A program made the translations under genes and the position numbers. DNA of 64,000 bases from Vicugna vicugna (lineage: Eukaryota): positions 1,179,249-1,243,248 of the forward strand of contig MU058241.1 of assembly GCA_013265495.1 (NCBI GenBank), given 5' to 3'. Shown in pieces: positions 36,245 through 48,200 of this stretch (position 1 is the first letter of the stretch; the number at the start of each line of letters is the position of its first letter). The notes under the pieces are model-generated. The model saw only the letters and a program-made list of their open reading frames with translations. It had not been told where the DNA came from and did not search any database.

Positions 36245-37884
36245 CTGGAAAGCCAAGTTCCAGGAGAGCTGCATGCCCAGAGGGTGACCCCTTCCCATCA
36301 CTGGACCATCTTCACCATCACTCTGTTGCTTTGAGGACAGACGTTTACCGACTCTTGAGACACAGAAGGTCTACTGGCTGTTAGGCAAAGCGTTTAAATT
36401 GTAAGCAAGTGAATTTACAGAAGCAACCATCTGATTCCGTTTATTTCACAAATTTGAAACAGAAGTCTATAAAGTTTATGTGACTGACGTTTAAGGGATA
36501 AAATTTAGAATTGACTCCTAAAATCTCATGAATCTGTTTCAAAACTGCTCTTGTCCATGTGTATGTAATTTTGACCTTTATTTCCAATAAAATGGCTGCG
36601 AAACGGAATCTATGTGCCTTTTGCACACATCCTAGACTTGAGAACACTAAACTCACATGCATTTATTTTTAAACGTCTAAGAGTGTAAATATTAACATTT
36701 ACCAATATACTAAGTGAAATATATGAACGTGATAAAACAAGACCTGTCATGGTGTAACGATCTCTCAGGTTGAATTATATCAGATAGTACAGCAGGAACC
36801 ACGGTTTTATCAGACACTTGAGACCATTTTGAATAAAAATTGAGCATCAATTTTTGATGAAGAATACTCAAAAATTGAGTATTCTTAAGCAAGAAATGTG
36901 TATACCAATGTTTTTTACTCATTAGTTCTTTCTTTTGTTTGTTTTTAAATTTGAGCTGGACTCTGCCATTCATTTACTGTCAACATGAGTGCACGTGGAG
37001 TGGTTTCTGCACTTAGTGTTTTGGTTGATGTTTCACTTATTTTAATCACCCTAGGAAAGGTTATTCGTAGTATTTCCTCTCTTTATTCATTTTTCTCTGA
37101 AAATGAATCTGAAATTTATTTTAAGTAATTCTGTCTAGTTTTATCTTTTTTTCAAAATCTTTTTTGAACTGCATAAAAAGTGAATGTTCCAATTCTTTAC
37201 CCACTTCATCTGCACAGAAAGAAGCTTTGAAAAACAAGGGCTCTTAGACGGAACACAGTTTGATTTGCTCAAACATGTGATACTAAAATATGTCAAGGAC
37301 AAAATTTGAAAGCACCCATCAATTAGGATTAAATGTCAATGGAGGTATCACAGTCATGAATATTTATGAGGTGAATGAGAACATCCAAATACATTTGAAA
37401 CGTACTTAACAAAATGTATTTTGAAATGCAAAGATAACTGTTTTCATTTCCTAGACTTTCACAGAATAAGTCAACAGAAATAAAATGTAGAGAATATGTA
37501 CACTGTGATCAATAATGTTTGTTAATAGATACAAATTAAATGGTGAGTCCCAGGGGCAGACAAGGCTGTTTCTGTTTTTGCAAGTGTATGCATGCACCTT
37601 CGTTCACCAAAAGGATTATATGTTAGGTGATAAAGGGTGTTAAGCTAAGTTTTTAAAGATACGATTCTGAAAATATTCTTTGACCTAAACACACACCCAC
37701 ACACACAGAGTTTGATAACAGTATGGTAATGACACTACCCTCACCACAACAGCAGCGGCAAATGATGGGAAATTAGCCCTTTTCACCCCCTCTACCTACA
37801 CCCTTTTATATTAGCTGCAGGCATTTTCTTCCAAACACTGAACTGAAATATCTTTTTAAAATAGATTCCACAGCTTTTGAGTTA

Positions 37885-37962
37885 ATTAATGCCTAAATAA
37901 CAGGACTGAACCCAGGACCTCATGCATGCTGAGCAGGTGCTCTCCCGCTGAGCCGTACCCTC
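37885..37962 (-). mobile_element. Vic-1-like SINE, diverged/truncated
   Basis: gactgaacccaggacctcatgcatgctgagcaggtgctctcccgctgagccgtaccc. Confidence 0.7.
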
Positions 37963-37964
37963 TG

Positions 37965-39150
37965 TGTTTCAGACGTCTCCATAGTTTTGCCTTTTCTGGA
38001 GTATCCTCGGATTGCAGTCATGCAGCGTGCAGCCTGTCCGTGTTGGTCCCTTTCACTTGGTAATGTGCATTTCAGCTTCCTCCATGTCTTTTCATGGCTT
38101 GATGGCTCATCTCCGTCTACTGCTGAGTGACATTCCGTTGTCTGGACGGCCCACAGTTTCCTCCTCCATCCCCTACTGAAGGACACCTTGGTTGCTTCCC
38201 GTTTGGGCAGTTGTGAATAAAGCTGCTGCAGGCACCCACGTGCTGCAGTTTCTTGTACGGATGTAAGATTTCAGCTCCTCGGGGTAAATACTGAGGGGCA
38301 CACTTTCTGGTTCATATGGTGGCAGGATGTTTAGTTTTGTAAGAAACCATCCAACTGTCTTCCGAAATGGCTGTACCTACTGCTCTGCATCCCCACCAGC
38401 CATGGAGGGGAGTTCCCATTGCTCCGCGCCCTCGCCTGTACTTGGTGTGATCACTGTTTTGGCTGTAACAGTTGTGTAGTGCCGTCTCTTTGTTTTACTT
38501 TGCAATAGCCTAATGACGTGATGGAGAACGCTCTTTTCATACGATTATTTGCCATTTGTATGCACTCTTTGGTGAGGTGTCTGTTCAGATATTTTGCCCA
38601 TTTTTAAATCAGGCTGTTTGTTTTCTTACTGTTGAGTTTTAAAAGTTTTTTGTATACTATTGATTAACAGTCCTTTGCCAAATAATATCTTACAAAAATT
38701 TTCTTCCACCCTGTGGCTTGTCTTCTCATTCTCTTGAGAGAGTCTTTTGCAGAGCAGAAGTTTTAATTTCAATGAAGCCCATCTTATCAATTCTTTCTTT
38801 TGTACCCTGGTGCTGTCTTTACCATGTTATCACCAAATTCCAAGTCATTTCGACTTTCTCCTCTGTTACCATCCAGGAAGCTTCTGTTTTTGCATTTTAC
38901 ATTTAGGTTTATGACTTGACTTGACTTTTTAAAAGGAGTGAGGTCTGTGTCTAGATTCACTTTTTTAACATGTGGGCATCCAGTTAGTTGTTCTCACATC
39001 ATTTCCTGGAAAGACTCTCTCTTCCGCATTGCACTTCCCTGACTCCTTTGTCAAGGACCACCTGACTATGTTTGTGAGGGTCTGCTTTCAGCTCTCTGTT
39101 CCATTTCATCCATTTGTCTGTCCTTTTGCCAACACTACACTGTCTTGGTC
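37965..39150 (-). mobile_element. Old L1 (L1MB/MC-like) ORF2 3' region
   Basis: Degenerate L1 3' signatures (gtgaataaagctgct, ttagttttgtaagaaaccatccaactgtcttcc, gactcctttgtcaagga). Confidence 0.8.
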
Positions 39151-40032
39151 AAGAAGTATCTTTATTTCAATGCTCACTTATGTATTGGCTATTTCCCCTG
39201 ACTTCTTTGCCTTCAAGGAAGGCGTCAATAAATAAACATTTTTAAATGGATAAATTGGATGTCGGGTTAAAGAGGAAAACAAAACATCAGCGGCATTCAT
39301 TCATCCGTCTCGTGTAGAAGCATGATGTGCCTGGAGCACGAGGCGGAAGTGGCTCAGTGGGAAGTGGCGGTGATGTTGATCACTAGTGGATAAATGTTGA
39401 CGCAAAGGGGATGAGGTCAAAGGTGGCGCTAGAGACACATTCATACTCACACAAGTTTTCCACACTAAGCAAACAAACAGAAGATCAATAATAGATTCAC
39501 TCTTCTTTCAGCTTAGTTATAAAAAGGAAAAGAAGAGCAAACAAAATGGAAAAAGCACAGCAAACTACAGATAAAAGTAGGAAGTGAGAGGAAATGTGAA
39601 CCAACAAAAGAAAAAAAATTGGCAAATTAATAGAAACATGACAGTTGAGGATATAACCTATTTTCCTGCTCTTGACAGATTAAATGTGAATAACATGATT
39701 TAATTAATTGATATATGTGAAATTGTGTGGCTCCAGGTCTATTTATTAAACAACTAATTTTTCACAATTTAATTAGTGTAATGCGAAATATTGAAAACCC
39801 TTTCTTCTAAACCAATTTATTGCCTTTGAATATACTCAATTGACAAATTTAGTGAAATAATTTTTAAGGAAAATTCATCTTAAATACAGTAAATGAATCT
39901 GAATCAATTTTTCCCTTTAATTTTTTTCTCAAGCAGTGTTGTTTATCTGAACTGCAAAATATTAAAAGTGACTTTAGTGACCATTTTCTGGGAACTCGTA
40001 GTAATGTAGATGCACAGACGAAAAATCACTAC

Positions 40033-40089
40033 CTCGGGGCCTCCTCCTTTCAAAGAGTCTGGGTTTGAAAGGGCTGCGTGACTTTCCAT
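40033..40089 (-). CDS. Candidate start-codon exon of unannotated minus-strand gene (exon 40033-40112)
   Basis: atctgttcctcag| acceptor at 40113-40114; GTAGCCATGG Kozak context; MESHAALSNPDSLKGGGPE|gtagtg, phase 0. Confidence 0.45.
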
Positions 40090-40850
40090 GGCTACCCTCT
40101 TGGGCGCCTTTACTGAGGAACAGATGCTGAAGCCCCAAGCATTCAAATGAACGCTTGCCAGCACAACATGATTTCCTTCATCTAGGAAAATGTGGTATGA
40201 CGATCTCAAGTGTTGTTTACCATATCAACTATTGAACTTTCAGAAGGGTTATTTATTTAAAACCCTTTCAGGCCTTTAATCCACCAATGGTACTTCCAGA
40301 AAATGCAAAGACTGTCAGGTAAACACACAAAATACACATTGAGGGACTTGGAAATAACTTGTTCATAGTAGTAAGGACTGAAGCAAGCTAGTGTCTAATA
40401 AGCGGTGCTTGTAAAGCAGCCACTGACACCCAGGCAGCTTCCTCAGCTGGCGCCTGCTCCTTATCATGGTCACCTCAGCATCCCTGAGGGGTGGGTGTGA
40501 CTGTCTCTGCCTTCCACACAAACTTCTTGATGAGGAATCATTCAGGAGATAAGGAATGCGCTTCTTGTTACAAAGCAAAGGGACAGGCTGAGAATTTGAA
40601 TTCCCGGCTCCCTAACTCCATCTCCAGCTCGTTCACCTCCTCCACTGTCAAACTGAGAAGAGCATGCAGAGCAGATGGCTACGGCAGTGTGCACCGCGAG
40701 GCCAGTGTAGATGCGTGTAGGTGCGTGGCCCCTGCACGCCAAAGCACTGGAAACATCTTTGCAGAGAGCCATCCAGTACTACACAGGCTGTCTCTGATAG
40801 CTGTTTCTCCTCCCTGTTCCTATACATGCAGTCTAATTTGTCTCCCGTAA

Positions 40851-41625
40851 ACACCTCACACCAGTCAGAATGGCCGTCATTGAAAAGTCCACAAATGATA
40901 AACGCTGGGGAGGATGTGGAGAAAAAGGAACCTTCTTACGCTGTTGGTGGCAATGTAAATTGGTGCAGCCACTATGGAAAACAGTACGGAGGTTCCTTAA
41001 AAAACTTAAAGTTACTGTATGATCCAGAAGTCCCACTCCTGGGCGTACATCGTGAGGAATTGCAAATTTGAAAAGGTACGTGCAACCCAATGTTCACAGC
41101 AGCACTATTTACAATAACAAGGACATAGAAGCAACCTAAATTTCCATCAAGAGATGACTGAATGAAGCAGCTGCGGTATATATCAACAATGGAATACTAC
41201 ACAGCCATAAAAAAGTAATAAAATGCCACCTACAGCAACATGGATGGATCTAGAGATCATACTAAGTGAAGTAAGCCAGAGAAAGACAAATATACTATGA
41301 CAACTTATATGTGGAATATAAGAAAACACAAATGAACTTATTTACAAAACAAACACTCGTAGACATAGAAAACAAACTTACAGATACCACAGGCGAAAGG
41401 AGGGGAGGGATAAATTGGGAGTTTGACATGTGCAGATACTAACTGGTATATACAATATAGGTAAACAACAAGGTCCTACTGTACAGCGCAGGGAAGTATA
41501 TTCAGTATCTTGTAGTAATGTATCAGGGAAAAGAATAGGAAAAAAATATATATAACTGAATCACTATGCTGTACATCAGAAACTAACGCAACACTGTAAA
41601 TCCACTATGCTTCAATTAAAATACT
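40851..41625 (+). mobile_element. 5'-truncated L1 3' end
   Basis: cacctcacaccagtcagaatggcc...ggtgcagccactatggaaaacagta...gcaacatggatggatctagag...tatgcttcaattaaaa. Confidence 0.92.
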
Positions 41626-42169
41626 TTTTAAAATGTTAGTTGTGTGTGTATTTTAATTTCATAAAGACAGCTTAGTATATTTATTTATTACAAATAAGCC
41701 CAGTAAATTAGTCTTCAAATCAATCAGTAAAGTAGACAAAACCCTGTAAAATTTAATGAAAAGGCAGGAAAGATGGCAGAAGAGGAAATCAACAAAATTA
41801 GGCATGGGAAGCAAGCTGAGTATGACAGAGGCAGAGATGAGATGAAAGATTTGTACGGCAATATTATGTACAGATCCCTACAGATAAACTGGAAATGTTT
41901 AGAAAGGTGGAGAATATCCTTGAAAAGTATAAAATACCAAAATTAAATCAACGATTTTAGAGGTAGTTGGAAATGTGTATAAATCAATAAAAGAAAAAAA
42001 GAGAAAGAAAGCCAAAAAAAAAAAAAAAAAAAGAACTGATAGTCACAGCTCTGGGGTCACATAGATTTACTGATGAGTTTTCCGAGTTTATTCAAGCTCA
42101 AACAATAAAATAAAGTTAATCCTGTGTATACATGTACACACACCCAGGATGGGGAGTCCATTGCTTCAC

Positions 42170-42894
42170 CAGACCGCACTTGGAATGGCAGAGACTCAGA
42201 GGAGTCTACCTTCTCCTCTCTGCAGTGTCCGGGAGCCCAGGTCCACAAACTTCCTTTCACACCTTTCCCAGAAAACAGGGAGAACAGTTACAAACGGAGC
42301 TGTTCCTGTCGGGAAGGGAGAGGTGGGTGTGGGAGAGCGAGGGCAGGGTAGCACCTGGAACCTCACCTCCTGTTCTGAGTTGCTTGGCAAAACCCTGAGC
42401 TTCATTAGACCCCCCTCATCGTCCCCTCCAGATGTGCACTTGTGCAGCAGTGCGTAGCTGGAGAGACACTCAACAGTCCACAGACACAGGACCACTAACC
42501 TTCCGGGGGGCCTTCCCGAGTGCACTCACTTGTCCACATGCCAGGAACACTCAGTCATCAAAACTGGCGTTATCGGGGGAGCTGTGAAGAATACTGATGC
42601 TACCGTCCCACCAGCAAGACATTCTCAAAGAAGCAGTCTTGAGGGTGGCCTGGGCAGGCAGATTCTTAAAATCTGCCTTATTGAATGCAGTGTGCAAATC
42701 TGAGAACAGCTTAGAGGTCACCTAGGCCTCCTGATAAAGTGCAGATTCTGGCTGGTTCCCTGCGGGAGAGGTCGGTGATGAGGGAGTAACTGCCGGGCCA
42801 TGTTGCTGCTGCCGGTCTGCAGACCGCACTTGGAATGGCAGAGACTCAGAGGAGTCTACCTTCTCCTCTCTGCAGTGTCCGGGAGCCCAGGTCC
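42170..42894. repeat. Dispersed 75-bp perfect direct repeat (42170-42244 and 42820-42894)
   Basis: cagaccgcacttggaatggcagagactcagaggagtctaccttctcctctctgcagtgtccgggagcccaggtcc occurs twice, 650 bp apart. Confidence 0.95.
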
Positions 42895-43239
42895 TTCTCC
42901 GCATCCTTGGCGTCATTTCGTGCCCTTCTTCCTACGTCACTGGGAAAACCCATGCTCGCTGGAGAGGGATTGCAGGAGACAGATTCCTCAAGCTCTGGCT
43001 ACAGTCCACCCCCTTACCGGGCTCAGTGCCTACACCAGCCACCCATCCCTCTCGTGGACTCAGACATCCACGCTCCCATCTAGAGAAATCACGTGAGAAT
43101 GGACTTCTCCGTCCCTCCCGGTCACTATGAGATAGTGCCGCTGAACTAGACCCCTCCCCTCGCCAACAGACCATGACTCTCCCATCATGACCCCCTCAAA
43201 ACAGGAGAAAGTAAGTCTCTTTCTCTTCCCATTTTCTGT

Positions 43240-44940
43240 TTTCACCAACTGCCCCAAAGCTGCCTCCTGACATTAAAGCCCCTTGGGAACAAGGACTCCT
43301 TTGTCATCCTCATCTCTTTTTTCCGCTGTCGTCTTAAACCAGGGTTTCTCCACACCTCTCCAGTGAAAGTGGCCTTTTCAGGGACTCTGTAGGCAACGTC
43401 AGACTCAATCCCTGGACCTCCCAGCACCACGTGACTCTCCCGCCTTGGAAGGCTCTCCTTGAGGGAGAAGCGGACACCTCGCTCTCCGCCCTCTTCCTCC
43501 CTGTCTCACTGGGTGCTTCTTCCCAGGCTCCTCTGTCTGCTTTCCGGGCCTCACGACCTGTAAACGCTGCAGGGGTCCCGTCTTCGCCTTCAAATGTTTC
43601 TGTTTTCTTATGTACAGATACTCCCTCCAGGATCTCATCCAGCCTGAGGTCTTGGAACCCCACCTCTATGCTGATGACACTTCTATCTTCAGTCTGTATC
43701 TCTCGCTTAAATGAAAGATTCTTGCATTCACCTCTGCCCTAATGGTTCTACACGGAGACACAATACTCATCTCAGTCTCTCTTCCCAGCTTGATTGAGAT
43801 GTAACTGACATATAACATTATATGAGTTGAAGAAGTCCATTTGATGATTTGATACACATAACAGTGAAATGGTTATACCGCAACAGGGTTAGTTAATGCC
43901 TCCATCACCGACCATTTTACTTTTTACGGTGAGAACCTTTAAGATTTGCTCTATGAAGAGCTTTCAAAGTATATGAAACAGTACAGCTAACTAAAGTCAC
44001 AATGCTGTCCATTAGACCCTGGAACTTACTCATCTCGTAACTGGGAATGTGTGCCCTCTGACCAACATCCCCCCATTTCCCCAGCCCTGAAAGCCCCAGC
44101 AGCCACCAATCTATGCTCTGCTTCTGTGACTTCTGCTTTTTACGATTCCACATATACGTGAGATCATACCGCATGTCTTTCTCTGCCTTCTTTCACTTAG
44201 CATAGTTCCCTCAAGGTCCACCCCTGTTGTCACAAATAGCTTATCCAACCTTGTCACAAATGGCTTATCCAACCATGAGAAAGAAGGAACCACTCACTTT
44301 AATCTCAACATATCAAAATCTGATGTCCTCAAACTTAACCAATGTCATAACCACACACACACAAAAGAAGAAAAGATCCTTACTTCCGTTGCAGCCCTGT
44401 CCATCTTAGTGTCAACTCTACTCAGACAAGACTCAGAAACTGTCTGAGCTCTTTCTTCACACCCTCTCATCCCTTGTCTCATGAAGTCCTGTGGCATCCG
44501 TCTTCCAAGCACACACAGGTTCGCTTCCTCCACTCCCCCCTCTAGAACGCCATCACTGCTCTCCTGGGGGACGGCGGTCACACTGTGCCTGGAGTCCTCA
44601 CTGCACGCCTTCCCTCCTACAGCCTACTGCCACCACCGCAGGCAGAGACACGCAGCACGGGTAACACCAGCCTCTGATCCAGCCTTGCAACAGGTCACCA
44701 CGCTCCTGCCAGTGAACATCCATGTCCTTGAAAAGCACCGCGAGGCCCTACATGACCCTCTTCTGTGAATTCTCGACAGTCTTGCTCACTCCACCCGTCC
44801 CAAGGCATCCTGTAAGCCCTTTGCTGAGCCTTGAAAGCTCCAGTCACCCTTCAGGGCATGGGCGACGCCCGTTCCTTCTCAGAACGCTCCTCCCCAGAAA
44901 GCCACATGGCTTGCTCTATGCGACATGTGACCTTCTCCAC
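43240..44940 (+). mobile_element. Fragmented L2 LINE interrupted by an L1 3' fragment (~43783-44235, minus strand)
   Basis: L2-like pyrimidine-rich motifs (gatctcatccagcc, cctctatgctgatgac); L1 tail cccagcttgattgagatgtaactgacatataacatt...gattccacatatacgtgagatcatac. Confidence 0.65.
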
Positions 44941-45092
44941 AGGCTCGTAAAACAGGCTCGTAAAACACTTTTCACCAAGTATTTCTCAGTATTTTGAATT
45001 TCTATTAAGAAAACTGAAAGTCGTGCTGGCAATAGCAAGTGCATCTTGTTCTAATGAGACGTTCTGCTAGCTATTAAGACAAAACCTGTTGG

Positions 45093-45250
45093 AGTGGTGC
45101 TTCTTAAACGCACCATGAAACACCTGGGGCTCTTGTTAAAATGGAAATTCAGATTCAGTGGCTCTGGGGAGAGGACTGAGGATTTGCATTTCTGAGATGC
45201 TCCCAGGGGATGTCCATGAGGCAGCTGAGCTACAATGTGAGAGAAGGGCC
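45093..45250. mobile_element. MER5-like hAT fossil
   Basis: agtggtgcttcttaaac...cacctggggctcttgttaaaatg...agattcagtggctctgggg...gatttgcatttct. Confidence 0.65.
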
Positions 45251-48200
45251 TTAGAGGATTTTTAAAAAACGTTTAGAAATATGAAGAAATACTGAAATAT
45301 AAAAAGGAAAGTAAGCTATCTTATGCTCTCCCTACTCCTAATTTACCACTGGTAACATGTTGGTATATTTGTTTTTCCTTCATCTGGAGGGCTTGTGTAT
45401 CTCTTTTATGATTCATTAAAACAATTAATAAGCACAAAGCATGCAGCAGTAGTCAGCGCATTGGGCGCTGAGTATATAAAACTAAGGGGAGCCTGAGCCC
45501 CCCACCCTACCCCTGGTTCAGCGCGTTTACAGCGATGGGAGTGAAAGAGAAGGCAGGCAGAGGGCAACGCTCCAGCTTACGTTGCTTGGATGGGACAAGG
45601 CACATACCGCCCTGTAAACCTGAAGACTTTGGCAAGTGCCACCACTCACCATTCCGTTCCACACATTAAAAACCCAGACAAGTTCAACAACAGCTCACAA
45701 TCAACTCAGAGAACTTTGCACATAATTTCCCCATAACATTAATAGACGAGTTTCATCACTGATACTCCGGCTGCATAATGGGTAATTGTACGGCGAAGAC
45801 AGACACAGCGTCAAACATGGTAACTCAAGAAAAGCATTTCAGGAAGTTCAGTCTGAGTGAGCACACACATCTTGTGGTATTTTGCTTGATCTCCATTATG
45901 GAAACAATTTTATTCTGCGGATAGACACAATAACCTCAACTATGACAACCATCTCATTAAAATGGCATTACGTTTTAGCATCAAATTGGATGTTCTGAAA
46001 ATTGATAAAGGAGCTAATTCATTTCTTTGTTCAGAAAAACAGTCTTTGAACAATGGTTTAACTGGGGCACTGTAAGTCTTTTTTAATGCTTTTGTTTCTG
46101 GACATTGCAGACAGCAGTGGCCGGACAGACAGACACGTACAAGAATCACAACCCCTCTCTCCTCACACTGCACTGGGGCTGGTCACTTGTCCGCTAACCT
46201 CCTTAGCATCCACTCCTTTGCTTCATACTCATGAACCACCTCTGCTAACTGTCTGCCACCGTGCTACGCCGACCCCGGGAACACAGAGACGATTAAGGAT
46301 ACTTCTCTACCTTTGAGGTTCGCAGCTGTAAGGGGAAATCATGTAAGTGGTTAAGTATTAATTCCTCAAGGGAAGGGAGAGGGAACAGAACTGTAGTACT
46401 GTGGGCAGAGACTGACCAGACTTATCTGCCGGAATCTTGGTTTTAATAGGTCTTGAAGGATTAAAAAGTTACCAAATGTATTCTAACTTTTTCATTCTCT
46501 TGGGGTAAATAAAGGAATCTGATGTACGTGCACAGTATGAAAAGGCTTGGAGACAGTTTCAACATGGCCAAGGTGGAAACAGTCGGGGGGGGGGTGTGGA
46601 AAAAATGAAACCTGAGAAAGTATGAGGCCAGATTTTGACAGACTTTCTTTCTCAATAGAGAGCTTTCCTAGAACAAAGGGACACAGTTTTGCCCAATGGC
46701 ACCAAAATTGAAATGGGACATTTTAAAAGTTTATGCAAATTAAACTATTACATTTACAAAGGATAATGCATGCATTCCTTTGGCAGCGTAAGGGGAAAAA
46801 AATACCTGAGTCTGGTGCCTACTCACAGGAAGAGTAAGAGAAAAACACCATTAGATTGTGCCCCAAAATGAACGCATCCTTCTGCGAGTCATTCTTCTTG
46901 TGGCAGAAAAGCCAGGCAGAAGTTGGAAGCTGAGGTGTTTCTAGAAAGCAGGAATGTCTCCATCTCTTTCATTTTGTAAAAACGTTTAGTTTAAATCTAT
47001 AGTAAAGTTTTGAATATATTTAATAAAACTGTCTTGCTTGCACTTTGATGAAAACTAGCAATCCTTCCCATCACTCTTTTCCACCTCTAGAAATCCAGAG
47101 TCATGCTGTTTCAATTCCTTTACCTCTTTATTCAGGTATTTACTTTCTATTTTTCAAATAGCAAGCAGATGCTATCTTTGAATGTTTCAGCTTTAGAAAT
47201 TATCTACCTATTATTTATTGACTTCTGTCTATTACCACTTCCACTCAAATACTTTTCTTCTCCTAGTCCCTACCTTCATATAACCATCACAGGTATTAGC
47301 TATTCAGTATACTTCGTTTATATTATTAAAGTTGTCTGTCTATTATTCACAGCCAAACCAAGTAATGCACAGTGATTGCATGCTCATTGTACAGCTCTTT
47401 GGTTTTCCTGGAATTAGTAATTGCTTCTGCTTATAAGCTTGCCTAATTTTTATTTAGTTCTTGTTGAGTTATAACCAATTTCTCCCACAGAAGCATACAT
47501 CTGTTCCCAAAAATATTCAGACACATCTTTGTCATCTTGAACCACTGGATAGACTCTCTCCAGACATGGTATGTAGCTCCCATACTGATATTTCTCTTCA
47601 CATTAACTTTTGCAATTTCTTTGGCTTCTCTCTCATCTTGACATTTCTCTCATAGACATTATGTCTTTGCCTTCAACTGTTTGTCTTTTGGTAAAGCATA
47701 CTTTTTAGTACTTCCTTCAGAAAAGAGAATATTTTTGAGATTTTTCAATATCTGCAAATATTTACATTTCAGACTTGATTGATAATTTTGCTCAGTATTG
47801 GATTCCAGGTGAGGAATAATTTTCTGATGGGTTTTTGAAGGTGCTGCTCCACTGGCTTCTAGTCTCAAGCATTTGTTTACAAAGTTCCATAGCAACGTGA
47901 TTACTGATTATTTTTATGTCAAGGTAGGGTTTCTTGACCTTGCAAACTGCAAATTAGGTTAAATTCTTCATTCAAAATCATCAATAGTCCAGTTCATTCC
48001 CCATCTGTCTACCAGCAGCTGACAGCAGAATTCCTCTCTTGAGAAACAGATCAACCCACAGGGAAAGAACTTTGGATGCTTTGACTGGTGGTACCATAGC
48101 AAAAATCCATGGTCTCTACTGAGTTACTCTATTGTGAAGTCCACCATAAGAAAACTGAAGCTCAAGCTGACATTTTTGTGTCACTCTCGAAATGGACTGA

